DNA of 64,000 bases, taken from an uncultured bacterium (lineage in GTDB: Bacteria; Babelota; Babeliae; Babelales; Vermiphilaceae). Positions 33,854-43,711 of this stretch are shown here, in pieces. The translations under genes and the position numbers were made by a program. A model generated the notes under the pieces. The model was not told where the DNA came from. It did no database searches and saw nothing but the letters and a program-made list of their open reading frames with translations. The stretch covers positions 800,001 to 864,000 of the forward strand of contig OY969699.1 of assembly GCA_963702025.1 (NCBI GenBank), read 5' to 3'. How positions within the stretch are numbered: the stretch's first letter is position 1; every line of letters starts with the position of its first letter.

Positions 33854-34498
33854 ATGAAGAACTATGCCCAACTGCTGATTTTGGCGCCGCTGGCCATACT
33901 CGGGATGGAAAAAAATGCTCCTCTTAAGAGAGTAGATTTTGACCTCACCAATTGCGCAAGTCGTCTTTTGCCCGGTCTTCGTGCAGCAGTACTTTCTGCC
34001 GACGCACAACGATTAGAGCAGCTACTAAAGAATGAGCCACCTTATTTAAATACCCATTTTATTGGCAAAACAAATGGCGAGAAAGAACATACAGAAGATG
34101 AGAGGGAAACACTATTATTGGCAGCAATTACTGATACAAAAGACGACACTTATAAAAAGCAGCGTTTAGAAAATATTGTTGCTAACCTTATAACGCATGG
34201 GGCAGATGTAGATGATTCATCTTCAAGCGGACTCACCCCATTACTCAAAGCAATACTTTACGAGCAACAAGAAATTGCCAAAATCCTTATTGAAAAAAAG
34301 GCAGCAGTTGATAAAGGAACAATCACTATTAACCGCACCCCAATGACACCCTTACAATTGGCAGATAAAATGGGGCAGGCTGAAATTGTAGCATTAATAG
34401 AGGCGCGATTAGCGCATCAGGAGAACAAAAAACTAAAATCGAGAAAATCAAGAAAAACTCTCTGTCTGTTGGAAGCAAAAAGCGCTGCGTTATCTTAA
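33854..34498 (+). CDS. Secreted ankyrin-repeat protein
   Basis: ILG|MEK; GLTPLLKA, TPLQLA; basic C-terminal tail. Confidence 0.85.
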   Translation: MKNYAQLLILAPLAILGMEKNAPLKRVDFDLTNCASRLLPGLRAAVLSADAQRLEQLLKNEPPYLNTHFIGKTNGEKEHTEDERETLLLAAITDTKDDTYKKQRLENIVANLITHGADVDDSSSSGLTPLLKAILYEQQEIAKILIEKKAAVDKGTITINRTPMTPLQLADKMGQAEIVALIEARLAHQENKKLKSRKSRKTLCLLEAKSAALS

Positions 34499-34505
34499 GA
34501 ACTTT

Positions 34506-34946
34506 TTAAGCAATTTGCTTAAGCTCTTCTTCCATTTTTTTTATCTCCTGCGCTAAGATGCTTTCTTTTTCAATTAAGTCTCTTTCGACATCAAACCAAC
34601 ATTTAATTCCGAAAAAAAGCGCAGCTAAAGTTATAGAACTTCTAATTTTATGTGTTTTATCAGCAATACTCGGAGCAGCAATATCTATCGTAAAGACTTC
34701 GATTCCGAAAACTAACCATTGTGCCATTAAGTTTTTCCAAGATTTCCATTTTAGCTTTGTCAATTCCTCTTTAAGCAAAACCTTCTTAGATTTATATTCC
34801 TTGAATAGAGCTTCTTGACTTTTAGGAACTGCATTTAACGATGCAGCAAAAAACAAGCATGCGATTAGTGCAATAATTAAAGAATTTATTTTGATCATCA
34901 TATAATGCCTTTTAGGTATAGTTAGTAATGGAATAAAACGCTTCAA
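34506..34946 (-). CDS. Hypothetical secreted/membrane protein
   Basis: Signal peptide (real start probably at MMIK), two hydrophobic segments. Confidence 0.55.
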   Translation of the reverse strand: MKRFIPLLTIPKRHYMMIKINSLIIALIACLFFAASLNAVPKSQEALFKEYKSKKVLLKEELTKLKWKSWKNLMAQWLVFGIEVFTIDIAAPSIADKTHKIRSSITLAALFFGIKCWFDVERDLIEKESILAQEIKKMEEELKQIA

Positions 34947-35296
34947 TTCTTTAACTCTTGCCCGTATTTAACTATTTCCGTGTGAAAATCATTTAAATGT
35001 GCAATGCATCCCTCATAACGATTAAAATAGTCATGCTTTAGCTCAATGGCTTTTTTAACTAAATCTGCAAAAAGAAACGCTTCACGCCTAGATTTCAAAT
35101 ATTCAGCTATATCTGCATAAACGCCACCAGGACCATATGTATTTTGATCAGTTTCCTTTAGTAATGGCTCTAATTGTGAAGTCAGCCTTATATTCTCTTT
35201 TTCAATTATAGAAAGAATTGCTTCATGAAGAACTCCAAATAATAGGTTTGAGAGTTTCAAAATCATTTTTCTATCACAATCAATCATTACGGACAT
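34943..35296 (-). CDS. Hypothetical protein, candidate immunity protein
   Basis: 117 aa; its start overlaps the stop of an upstream start-less ORF. Confidence 0.65.
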   Translation of the reverse strand: MSVMIDCDRKMILKLSNLLFGVLHEAILSIIEKENIRLTSQLEPLLKETDQNTYGPGGVYADIAEYLKSRREAFLFADLVKKAIELKHDYFNRYEGCIAHLNDFHTEIVKYGQELKN

Positions 35297-35529
35297 AGGT
35301 TTCTCTTTAAAAAAGATTCAATCAATTCAGAAGATTTTTTACTCTGTGATGAATTTTTTGCATCTATAATAATTGTTCTTTCCAAATCTTTTATTGTCAG
35401 TTCATTAAATAGCTTTGTAAATAGCTCTTCACGATCCTTCAATGAAAGATTGGTAACTTGTATTATTATATTCTCAGAAGGATCTTGTTCAAAGGCTCTT
35501 TTTAGGGAATCAATAAATTCCCTTCGTGC
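35287..35529 (-). pseudogene. Start-less 80-codon reading frame, toxin C-terminal-like fragment
   Basis: Manual translation ARREFIDSLKRAFEQDPSENIIIQVTNLSLKDREELFTKLFNELTIKDLERTIIIDAK...RNLCP*, in frame directly after the ATPase stop. Confidence 0.5.
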
Positions 35530-36696
35530 TTATGCAATTATTCGCGCAAGTTCAGACAAACTAATAATGCCCTGTTCAACTTTAGTAAGGCCATCATCGA
35601 TTAAGGTTTTCATGCCGTCAGCACATGCCTGTGAATATATATCGTCAAACGAGGGATACCGCACAATTAACGAGCGTAGCGAGCTCGTCATGCCAAGAAG
35701 TTGGAATACGCCGACTCTTCCTTTAATGCCAAGACCAAGGCACTGTTGGCATCCTTTGCCTTCAAAGACAGATGTTAATGAGCTATCAAATCTTTTTAAC
35801 AGCTCCCGTTCTTGATCGGTAACGGGCCGTTCAAATTTACATTGAACGCAAATTCTGCGCGCAAGACGTTGGGCCAGAACCCCGGTGAGTGCCGCGTTAA
35901 TTAAAAATGGTTCAATGCCCATATCCATTAATCGCATCACCACGCTGGGCGCATCATTGGTGTGCACGGTGCTGAAGACCAAATGTCCGGTTAATGCCGC
36001 TTCAATTGCCGTGCCGGCCGTGAGTTTATCACGAATCTCGCCGACCATAATAATATCCGGATCCTGGCGCAACAATGAGCGAATACCCTTTTCAAAGGTA
36101 AAACCTGCTTCCGGGTGAATTTGGGATTGGGTAACATTCGCCACACAATATTCTACCGGATCCTCAAGAGTGATAATATTTTTATCTGATTTGTTAACCG
36201 CATTTAACGCGGCATACAACGTGGTTGTTTTACCAGAACCGGTGGGCCCGGAAACGAGAAAGAAGCCACTTGGTTTGGCAATAAGCGCAGCAATCTGTTC
36301 TTTCATTTCCTCTTGGAACCCAAGATTTTCAAGAGATAGAGTGTACATGGCGCGATCAAGAATGCGCACCACAATTTTTTCACCGTACATGGTGGGAAAC
36401 GTTGAAACCCGCAAATCAATCTCACGCTCACCACATATAATGCGAAATTTGCCATCTTGCGGCACCCGTTTTTCGGTAATATTAATATTGGCAAGTACTT
36501 TAAGACGAGTAAGAAATTGTTGCATAACCGCGGTATTGAGAGTCTGGTGATCATATAAAACACCATCAATACGAAGTCGAACGCGTAAATGATCCGGTGT
36601 CGGTTCAAAATGAATGTCGGATGCCGCTTGGGTGACCGCCTGAGAAAGAACCGTATCAACCATGCCAATAATTGGAAAATCTTGTTCGATCTGCAT
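35530..36696 (-). CDS. GspE/PilB-family secretion ATPase (lacking N-terminal domain)
   Basis: ASDIHFEP, PQDG, GPTGSGKTT, LRQDPD, tetra-Cys CVQC/CQQC. Confidence 0.93.
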   Translation of the reverse strand: MQIEQDFPIIGMVDTVLSQAVTQAASDIHFEPTPDHLRVRLRIDGVLYDHQTLNTAVMQQFLTRLKVLANINITEKRVPQDGKFRIICGEREIDLRVSTFPTMYGEKIVVRILDRAMYTLSLENLGFQEEMKEQIAALIAKPSGFFLVSGPTGSGKTTTLYAALNAVNKSDKNIITLEDPVEYCVANVTQSQIHPEAGFTFEKGIRSLLRQDPDIIMVGEIRDKLTAGTAIEAALTGHLVFSTVHTNDAPSVVMRLMDMGIEPFLINAALTGVLAQRLARRICVQCKFERPVTDQERELLKRFDSSLTSVFEGKGCQQCLGLGIKGRVGVFQLLGMTSSLRSLIVRYPSFDDIYSQACADGMKTLIDDGLTKVEQGIISLSELARIIA

Positions 36697-37271
36697 TATT
36701 CTTCCTCACCCAAATCTTCTTCGACGGTAGGAAACTCTTCATCTTCATGAATTAGTTCATGATAGCGTTCTTTTTCTTCCAACTGTTCTTCCGTATAGTC
36801 TTGTTCATCCAGCAGATCCGTTGGTGATTTATCATAATATTCTTTGACCGCATCAGTAATATCGATGCTCAATCCAACATTGAACCGAATATCCTCTGAG
36901 GTGTAGGCACCCAAGGCCGGTAATAGATCGGGATTATCCGGCTCACTGGCAACAATAACGAGTATATCATCTTCCATTTCTAACGGAATAATTCTGTTTC
37001 TGAGTAGAAAATCTTTAGGAAAATTACGGAGTAACAAAGTGTCAAAAAAATATCCGGTGACATCAACGGCCGGCACTTGATAATGTTCTCCCAATGCCTT
37101 TAAGAGATCCTCTTCATCAACTAAGCCTTCTGAAAGTAAAAAATCATCAAAATTTTCTTTTGCCGAATTTTTAAATGAACGTTGCAATGCACGTGCTTCT
37201 GCTTCACTAATCACTTTATGCTGAACTAAAATGGCACTAATTGCTTGAGCAAATGACTCTCTCTTTTCCAT
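36696..37271 (-). CDS. Stand-alone T2SSE_N/MshEN-like N-terminal domain with acidic tail
   Basis: FLLSEGLVDEEDLLKALGEHYQVPAVD...IIPL...VASEP pattern; TAATG overlap with the ATPase. Confidence 0.8.
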   Translation of the reverse strand: MEKRESFAQAISAILVQHKVISEAEARALQRSFKNSAKENFDDFLLSEGLVDEEDLLKALGEHYQVPAVDVTGYFFDTLLLRNFPKDFLLRNRIIPLEMEDDILVIVASEPDNPDLLPALGAYTSEDIRFNVGLSIDITDAVKEYYDKSPTDLLDEQDYTEEQLEEKERYHELIHEDEEFPTVEEDLGEEE

Positions 37272-37285
37272 AGCTCATCCCTTTT

Positions 37286-37681
37286 TTAGCTAACCTTGGC
37301 ACCAAAGCAAAAACCGATAATAAAACTGAAGATAATAAGTAGATTTTCTTTTGCCCATTGCCAGAGCATGCTTATCACATCAGGGTCCGAAGCAACCGGG
37401 CGAATGCCGCAACAATCTTGGATCTTTACCCAGTTAATAGTTACCGTAATTATTTCAAGTTGATTCAGAAGAATCAGTAATGCAATAAAAAAAATGCTCG
37501 CAATCACATAGTTTGCATATCGTTTCCATAAGAATCCGATAAAAAACCCGATGCCAAAAAACAGCGCCATATCTAATAACTTATGGCTGGATATGTTCAA
37601 CTTTTCCGCTAATTGATCGAATTGCAATGAATTTTTTAATTTATCGAACCACCCTGTTTCGACATTGTTCGCTCCTACCAT
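37286..37681 (-). CDS. FUN14-family membrane protein
   Basis: GFFIGFLWKR, IITVTINWVKI, FIIGFCFG. Confidence 0.7.
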   Translation of the reverse strand: MVGANNVETGWFDKLKNSLQFDQLAEKLNISSHKLLDMALFFGIGFFIGFLWKRYANYVIASIFFIALLILLNQLEIITVTINWVKIQDCCGIRPVASDPDVISMLWQWAKENLLIIFSFIIGFCFGAKVS

Positions 37682-37819
37682 TGCACTCTCCTTTTATCCT
37701 TTTTATTATTCTCAAAATACTCTCACGAATGCCCATACCAATACCATGATGAAAGAATTGCACGGTTCGAGTATACTGATCTCTCCTACGCGGGTGCAAT
37801 AATGAAGCAAAACTCGTTG

Positions 37820-37868
37820 CCCGGCCTACGTTTATCCGGGCCTTCAGGCTCGGTAAACTTCGGCGGGT
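37820..37868. repeat. REP-like hairpin
   Basis: ccggcctacgtttatccgggccttcaggctcggtaaacttcggcggg; related to the tRNA-Leu 3' flank and 11622. Confidence 0.75.
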
Positions 37869-37926
37869 ATTCTCTCCCGCTATTCACCAAACTTAGAATG
37901 ACTTGCTACTTTTGGCGACAGAGAAT

Positions 37927-37957
37927 AAAAAAGGCACCAATTTCTTGGTGCCTTTTT
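37927..37957 (-). terminator. Rho-independent terminator of hup
   Basis: aaaaaaggcaccaa-tttc-ttggtgccttttt. Confidence 0.85.
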
Positions 37958-37979
37958 GGAATATTCTAAAATAGATTGT

Positions 37980-38252
37980 TTACTTAACAACCGATTTTAA
38001 TGCTTTTCCTGCGCGGAATTTAGGAACTCGTTTAGCAGGAATTTGCATTTTCTTACCAGTTGCAGGATTTACGCCCACTCTGCTTTTTCTTTTCATAACG
38101 GTGAATGTACCAAAACCGGTTAAAACGACATCTTTATTTTGTTTTAAAGCACCGCTCACTGATGAAATAAAAGCTTCTAAAGCTTCTTTACAGTGAGATT
38201 TTGACATTTTGGTCATTTTAGCCATGCTTTCAACTAATTTTGCTTTGTTCAT
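37980..38252 (-). CDS. hup: DNA-binding protein HU
   Basis: MNKAKLV, GFGTF, GVNPATG, PKFRAGKALK. Confidence 0.95.
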   Translation of the reverse strand: MNKAKLVESMAKMTKMSKSHCKEALEAFISSVSGALKQNKDVVLTGFGTFTVMKRKSRVGVNPATGKKMQIPAKRVPKFRAGKALKSVVK

Positions 38253-38433
38253 GAAAAGTTCCTTATATTTTTAATTTTTTGTTTCTTACAATTTTTGCCA
38301 ACAAAAACTAATACTAGTTTGTACATTATTAAGAGAAAAAAAAATGTCAAGTTTTTTTAACTTAATAGAGGTAAAAAAATTTTTTGCTCCAGAGTTTACT
38401 CTCGCATTGCGCCATAGCCATTTGCCGCTTTAA

Positions 38434-38675
38434 CCTTCGAAGACTAAAGCCCTACTTCGCTGCCTAAGCAGCTATGAAGAGCAGGCCGGCTTTTGGCAAG
38501 CGGAGTTTATCCTGAGCTTAGTCGAAGGGACGGACAGCCTCCGCATTTTTCTAGTAAAATTTTTTGTTCTACCTTATTAAGCTGCGCAGCCAGGCCCTTC
38601 GATGCTTCGCCTGTCCTCAGCACAGGCGGACACGTTTACTCCTGAGCTTGCCGAAGGGTCAGGATAAACTCCGCT
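38434..38675. repeat. REP-like cluster
   Basis: gcggagtttatcctgagcttagtcgaaggg and inverted cccttcga...tcaggataaactccgc. Confidence 0.8.
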
Positions 38676-38691
38676 TTTTAATGAAATTATA

Positions 38692-38825
38692 CCTTAACTG
38701 GCGCTAGCCAGGTGTCCTTCGAGACGCAGCTTGCGCTGCTCCTCAGGATGACCGGAAGGACGCGCTTACTCCCGAGCGAAGTCGAGGGGTTGCCGAGCCG
38801 GAAGGCCCGGATAAGCGTAGCCTGG
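38692..38825. repeat. Composite REP-like element, copy 1 (attached to tRNA-Leu 3' end)
   Basis: ccttaactggcgctagccagg...ttgccgagccggaagg, near-identical to 38942. Confidence 0.9.
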
Positions 38826-38908
38826 TGCCGAGAGCCGGACTCGAACCGGCACGGGCAAAACCCGAAGGATTTTAAGTCCTTTGCGTCTACCAATTCCGCC
38901 ATCCCGGC
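38823..38908 (-). tRNA. tRNA-Leu(TAA)
   Basis: GCCGGGATGGCGGAATTGGTAGACGCAAAGGACTTAAAATCC...GGTTCGAGTCCGGCTCTCGGCACCA, long variable arm. Confidence 0.97.
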
Positions 38909-38941
38909 ACACTAATATATTTCAAAGTCAAAAAATTTATT

Positions 38942-39058
38942 CCTTAACTGGCGACAGCCAGGCGTCCTTCGAGACGCAGCTTCCGCTGCTCCTCAGGATG
39001 ACCGGAAGAACGCGTTTACTCCCGAGCGAAGTCGAGGGGGTTTGCCGAGCCGGAAGGA
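38942..39058. repeat. Composite REP-like element, copy 2
   Basis: Direct repeat of 38692-38806. Confidence 0.9.
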
Positions 39059-39137
39059 CAAAGAGCAGGCCATGCAGCCCTACTTCGCTTAGTGCTATGG
39101 ATGTCAAAATTATAATTAAGTCAATCCTTTAAAGAAG

Positions 39138-39171
39138 CTGGCCTACCATACGAAGCCTTGGCGAAGTATGG
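39138..39171. repeat. REP-like hairpin overlapping tRNA-Cys CCA
   Basis: ctggcctaccatacgaagccttggcgaagtatgg. Confidence 0.8.
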
Positions 39172-39242
39172 AGGCGGCACCCGGACTCGAACCGGGGATC
39201 AAGGTTTTGCAGACCCATGCCTTACCACTTGGCTATGCCGCC
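39169..39242 (-). tRNA. tRNA-Cys(GCA)
   Basis: GGCGGCATAGCCAAGTGGTAAGGCATGGGTCTGCAAAACC...GGTTCGAGTCCGGGTGCCGCCTCCA. Confidence 0.97.
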
Positions 39243-39258
39243 GCTTTTTTTCAAGAGT

Positions 39259-39774
39259 CTACTGAGCTAATATACCATTTATTTTCAATTTTTCACGTAA
39301 TTCTTCGGCTGAAAGAGTCGGTACGGATGAAGGCGCTTCATGTTTCTCATTTGGCGCATTTAAATACCCTGCTTGGCATACACCGCGTACCGGGAATTTA
39401 CCTTTGCCTTCTTCCGCTAAACCAAGCTGACGCCACTCTGCGGTGCCGCCTTCATAAGCCCATACTTTTTCAAAGCCCATTTGCTTCAGTTTTTCCGCAG
39501 ATGCGCCGCTTGCGGTGCACATGTAATTGGCGCAGTAGAAGACCACTTCAGCATCCTTATCAAGACCTTGTGCAAATTTTTCAACATCCTCAAATGGCAC
39601 GTTAATCGAACCCTCAATATTACAATCATCAAACGCACTTTTATCAAGAACGTTTACCAAGTAAAACTTTGGCTTTTGTTCTGACTTTTTCCCAAAGGGC
39701 CAACAGGCGGGAAGAAAAGGCAACGAGAGTAACGAAAAAACTGCTAATAGGAATTGCTTACTATTTAATATCAT
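39259..39774 (-). CDS. Rhodanese-like domain protein, probable lipoprotein
   Basis: IEGSINVP, VVFYCANYMC, YEGGTAEW; LPAC after hydrophobic stretch. Confidence 0.85.
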   Translation of the reverse strand: MILNSKQFLLAVFSLLSLPFLPACWPFGKKSEQKPKFYLVNVLDKSAFDDCNIEGSINVPFEDVEKFAQGLDKDAEVVFYCANYMCTASGASAEKLKQMGFEKVWAYEGGTAEWRQLGLAEEGKGKFPVRGVCQAGYLNAPNEKHEAPSSVPTLSAEELREKLKINGILAQ

Positions 39775-39866
39775 TTCTTAACTCAATTTTTAAAGTTGAT
39801 AATACTGTACCACAAATATTGTAATCTGCAATGGCTTCTATTGCTGCACCTACCTTTGTTCTAAGA

Positions 39867-40850
39867 TTAATAAATCCATTGGAAGAAACGGCTCCAACGT
39901 ATACGTGTCCAAAAATCGATCGGATGCTTGAGAAGGTCAATAATAATCCAATCATCATCGCTATCAATTGAAAGTATTCTAAATAGAATTCTGCCATGAA
40001 TTAATCGGCCATCAATAGGTCCAAACACACGGCTATCGGCACTGTTTAATCTATTGTCACCCATCAACCAGTATTGATTATCACCAAGCTTCACTCTAAA
40101 AACATCTGAGCGGTCCCAGTAGTTTTTATCCTCGGGCGCTTGATTGGCGCCAAGCTTTGATTCTTCGGTGATGGTACCCGGATAGGCAAGATCCGGATTG
40201 CCATTTGCATCACGCGCTATTAGTGATTCTTGAATACGATAGAATGGCTGATCCTGATATGAAACGGCCGGATCATATGATTTTCTTACAATATTGCGCG
40301 CTATTGAACCATTAAAATATTCTTCAAATTGCTGCGGCGTTAACTTGTTTTGCGATATTAATGAAAGCGCTTCGCTTTGTGCACTTTTTGCTAATAATTT
40401 TGGGTCTTTGCGCCATACGGTAATGAGCGGATACTTATTTAAGTATGGTTCATCCAACTTTTGACCGTTAATATAGATAACCGGCTTACCCTCTTCTATC
40501 TTGCCTTCAACAAGATCTCCCGGCACACCAATAATACGTTTGGTTAAATTTTGCGGACCCCACACATATTCTTCAAATAATCTTTTGAAGGTATTATCCG
40601 AATATTTAAATAATGGACTATTGAGTGAAATCACATGGCCCCGTTGCGGTTTACTAAAAAGATACGTGAATTTATCCGCAAAAAATCGTTCCCCTACAAG
40701 CATTGTTGTTTCCATCGAACCGGTAGGCACTTGATATAAGCCAAATATAAAAGTTCTTATAAGAAATACCACGAGCAAAACAAATGCTATTTGTTTCACC
40801 TCAGCTAAAAATCCGGATTGCTTTTTTTGTGATTTAGAAAAGAAAGTCAT
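39867..40850 (-). CDS. lepB: Signal peptidase I
   Basis: PTGSMETT, LTKRIIGVPGD, MGDNRLNSADSR. Confidence 0.95.
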   Translation of the reverse strand: MTFFSKSQKKQSGFLAEVKQIAFVLLVVFLIRTFIFGLYQVPTGSMETTMLVGERFFADKFTYLFSKPQRGHVISLNSPLFKYSDNTFKRLFEEYVWGPQNLTKRIIGVPGDLVEGKIEEGKPVIYINGQKLDEPYLNKYPLITVWRKDPKLLAKSAQSEALSLISQNKLTPQQFEEYFNGSIARNIVRKSYDPAVSYQDQPFYRIQESLIARDANGNPDLAYPGTITEESKLGANQAPEDKNYWDRSDVFRVKLGDNQYWLMGDNRLNSADSRVFGPIDGRLIHGRILFRILSIDSDDDWIIIDLLKHPIDFWTRIRWSRFFQWIY

Positions 40851-40985
40851 AATAAAAAATCCTAGTTAGAGACATTTTTTCTTTTTGCCAACCCTGATAG
40901 TGTACCATTCCTTTATCTTTCTATCTAGATGAGGTATATCAAAAACTATAGCGTCTTTAATAGTATCGATTTTAAAAGGAGTCCT

Positions 40986-41495
40986 ATGAAAAGATTAGCC
41001 TTTATCGTCTGTTTTTTTATTAGCAACACATTGACCATGGAAGAAAAGATAAATCAGCTTTCAATAAGCCAGACAATTCATGGTATAAAGGAACAACTGC
41101 AACCAGCATCCAGCAAGCCTGCTCAGCACTCGCAACCCCAAACCAGCAAGGCAGAAGAGTTCCACTCGAAATTTAATAAGATACTCGATGCTTTAGCACT
41201 TCAATTAGCAGCTATTGACGATACTGGTTTTTTAATAGAAGTGAATAGTTTGGTGGCAAAGCACGAAACACAACTAGGTGAATTAGAAAAACAAAACAAT
41301 GAACTGCTAAAAAAATTAGAGATAGTCGAAACGGAAAACAAAGATCTTACCGCAAGTAATGAGCTATGCAAAGCAGTTGCAAAAACACTATTTGCGAGAA
41401 TCAGTGAGTTAACGGTACAAAATCAGCAATTGCTCAAAGAGGCAGCAGAATTAAAAACTGAAAATGAGAATTTGCATTTTCTACGCAATATATAA
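40986..41495 (+). CDS. Secreted coiled-coil protein
   Basis: AAGGAG SD; MKRLAF...TLT|MEE; heptad repeats. Confidence 0.75.
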   Translation: MKRLAFIVCFFISNTLTMEEKINQLSISQTIHGIKEQLQPASSKPAQHSQPQTSKAEEFHSKFNKILDALALQLAAIDDTGFLIEVNSLVAKHETQLGELEKQNNELLKKLEIVETENKDLTASNELCKAVAKTLFARISELTVQNQQLLKEAAELKTENENLHFLRNI

Positions 41496-41500
41496 CTGCG

Positions 41501-43417
41501 CTATTTTAACCGTGTTCCGTTGGGAACTTTGTTTCCCGGTTGTATTATCACAAGTTTTTTCTCTTCGGTTTCAGCGGTTAACAACATTCCTTGCGATTCA
41601 AGTCCCATCATTGTGCGCGGCTTTAAGTTGGTAACAAATACTGCCTGCTTACCAATGAGATCTTCGGGTGTAAAATGTTTGCGGATTCCAGAAAGGACTT
41701 GGCGTTTGCCAATTGGCCCAAAATTAACTTGCAACTTATATAATTTGTCAGATTGCTCAATTATTTCGCATTGTTCTATTGTGCCAATTGTCAAATGAAT
41801 CTGAGCAAACTGCTCAATGGCTATATTTTCATCAGGCAGGACCGCTTGAACCGGTTGTATATCTTGTGAAGGGTTTTCCAACGGTTTTACAAAAAGATTT
41901 TCAATTTTCTTTAACATAAAAGTCTTATTCCATGTTTCATGTGCCAAAGGATCAATATTATTTACGCTAAGATTAAGCTCAACACCAAGGCTAGCAAGTA
42001 ATTCTTCCATTTTTTTTGGCATTATTGGCCATAAGAGGAGTGCTATAATCCGCAAAGAATGCGCAGTTGCGGATAAAATCTCTTTAAATTGTTCAGGATC
42101 TTTTTGTGCCACTTTCCACGGCTCTTGCGAATGGAAATACGCATTAGTTTCATTTATAAACTTCCATAGCCGTGCCAAAGCCATATGGAACATAAACTCA
42201 TCCATATGAGCTTGAAATTCATTATTTGTTATCAAACTTTCTTCATAGAGTTCTTGCGAAACCTTTGACCATTTTTGCGGTGGCACGAGTTGGGCAAGAT
42301 TATATTTTTGGGCCAATGTTACCATGCGATTTAACAAATTACCCAAATCATCGGCCAGATCTGAAGAAATTTTTTGCTCAAGATCTTCAATGGTAAACTC
42401 ACCATCATGGGTTATCGCCATTTGGCGCATTAAATAATAGCGAACTGGATCAGCACCATAGGCAGTATAAAGTTCAACCGGGTCAATGACATTGCCCAGA
42501 GATTTAGACATTTTTTGGGTACCAACTTTGAACCAACCATGCACCAACAAATGCTTTGGCAATGCAAGGCCGCTTGCCATCAAAAATGCTGGCCAATACA
42601 CCGCATGAAATCGCACAATATCTTTGCCCATCACCTGAACATCAGCCGGCCACCAAAAATTAAATTCTTTCTCTTTCTCTTTTTGGCCCCAACCTATTGC
42701 AGTGATATAGTTGTTAAGCGCATCGGCCCACACATAGGTAACATGATGTGCATCATTAGGAAATGGAACGCCCCATTTAACAGTTGTTCGGGAAATACTC
42801 AGATCTTTTAATCCGGATTTTACAAAATTAATTATTTCGTGAGATCGCTCGCGAGGAACTATAAAATCAGGGTTTTTCTCATAAAATTCAAGTAACTGAT
42901 CCTGATAGGCTGATAGCTTAAAGAAATAAGCCTCTTCAGACAACCACACCGTTTGACGCCCGCATGATGGGCAATTGGGGGCTTCTTTTGAAAGTTCATG
43001 TTCAGTAACAAATGTCTCGTCAGGAATACAATACCATCCCTGATAAAATGATTTATAAATATCACCTTTGGCCATAAGACTAAGAATCCATTCTTGAACT
43101 GCTTTAACATGAAATTTATTAGTTGTACGCATGAAGATGGTATAGTCTATTTCATAATCGCGCCAAACGGTTTTATAGGCATCGATAAAACTATCAACAA
43201 ATGTTTGGGGCTCTTTTCCTGCTTTTTCAGCTGCTTGCGCTATTTTCTGCCCAAATTCATCAGTTCCGGTCAAGAAACAGACTTTATTGTTTTTGAGTTT
43301 GTGCCAGCGCGCCAAAACATCTGCAATAACGGTGGAATAAAGATGACCAAGATGCGGTTTTGCTGTTACATAGTAAATAGGGGTGGTAACGTAAAATTTG
43401 TTTTTTTCCGTATTCAT
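41501..43417 (-). CDS. metG: Methionine--tRNA ligase with C-terminal tRNA-binding domain
   Basis: TTPIYY..PHLGH, KMSKS, C-terminal NLKPRTMMGLESQGM. Confidence 0.97.
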   Translation of the reverse strand: MNTEKNKFYVTTPIYYVTAKPHLGHLYSTVIADVLARWHKLKNNKVCFLTGTDEFGQKIAQAAEKAGKEPQTFVDSFIDAYKTVWRDYEIDYTIFMRTTNKFHVKAVQEWILSLMAKGDIYKSFYQGWYCIPDETFVTEHELSKEAPNCPSCGRQTVWLSEEAYFFKLSAYQDQLLEFYEKNPDFIVPRERSHEIINFVKSGLKDLSISRTTVKWGVPFPNDAHHVTYVWADALNNYITAIGWGQKEKEKEFNFWWPADVQVMGKDIVRFHAVYWPAFLMASGLALPKHLLVHGWFKVGTQKMSKSLGNVIDPVELYTAYGADPVRYYLMRQMAITHDGEFTIEDLEQKISSDLADDLGNLLNRMVTLAQKYNLAQLVPPQKWSKVSQELYEESLITNNEFQAHMDEFMFHMALARLWKFINETNAYFHSQEPWKVAQKDPEQFKEILSATAHSLRIIALLLWPIMPKKMEELLASLGVELNLSVNNIDPLAHETWNKTFMLKKIENLFVKPLENPSQDIQPVQAVLPDENIAIEQFAQIHLTIGTIEQCEIIEQSDKLYKLQVNFGPIGKRQVLSGIRKHFTPEDLIGKQAVFVTNLKPRTMMGLESQGMLLTAETEEKKLVIIQPGNKVPNGTRLK

Positions 43418-43711
43418 GAATAGTTCTCAATTAAAATTGAATGCTTTATTCATTATAATACTGAAAAAACAAACTATTACCAAATAGGCCCTTAATGTGC
43501 TTGAGTTTCAACAGAACAATAAATCCATCGTTACCCTTTGAGCAAGGGCCCAAAAACCGATCTGTCCCTCCTTTTACAGGTTCAAAATTAATAGCGATAC
43601 TATTTTTTTAAAAACTATTGATTTATAGCCTTCTACATTGTTATAATTACAATTAGAATAGAGTAATGGTTACTCTATAGGTAATACTATTTTATAGAAA
43701 AGGAGAAAACT

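Noticed and set aside
38434..39171. CRISPR array
   Set aside because: Repeats are long, nested and irregular, with no constant repeat-spacer period and no cas genes
38823..39242. Integrated prophage/island at the tRNAs
   Set aside because: No integrase and no duplicated tRNA 3' end (att) seen
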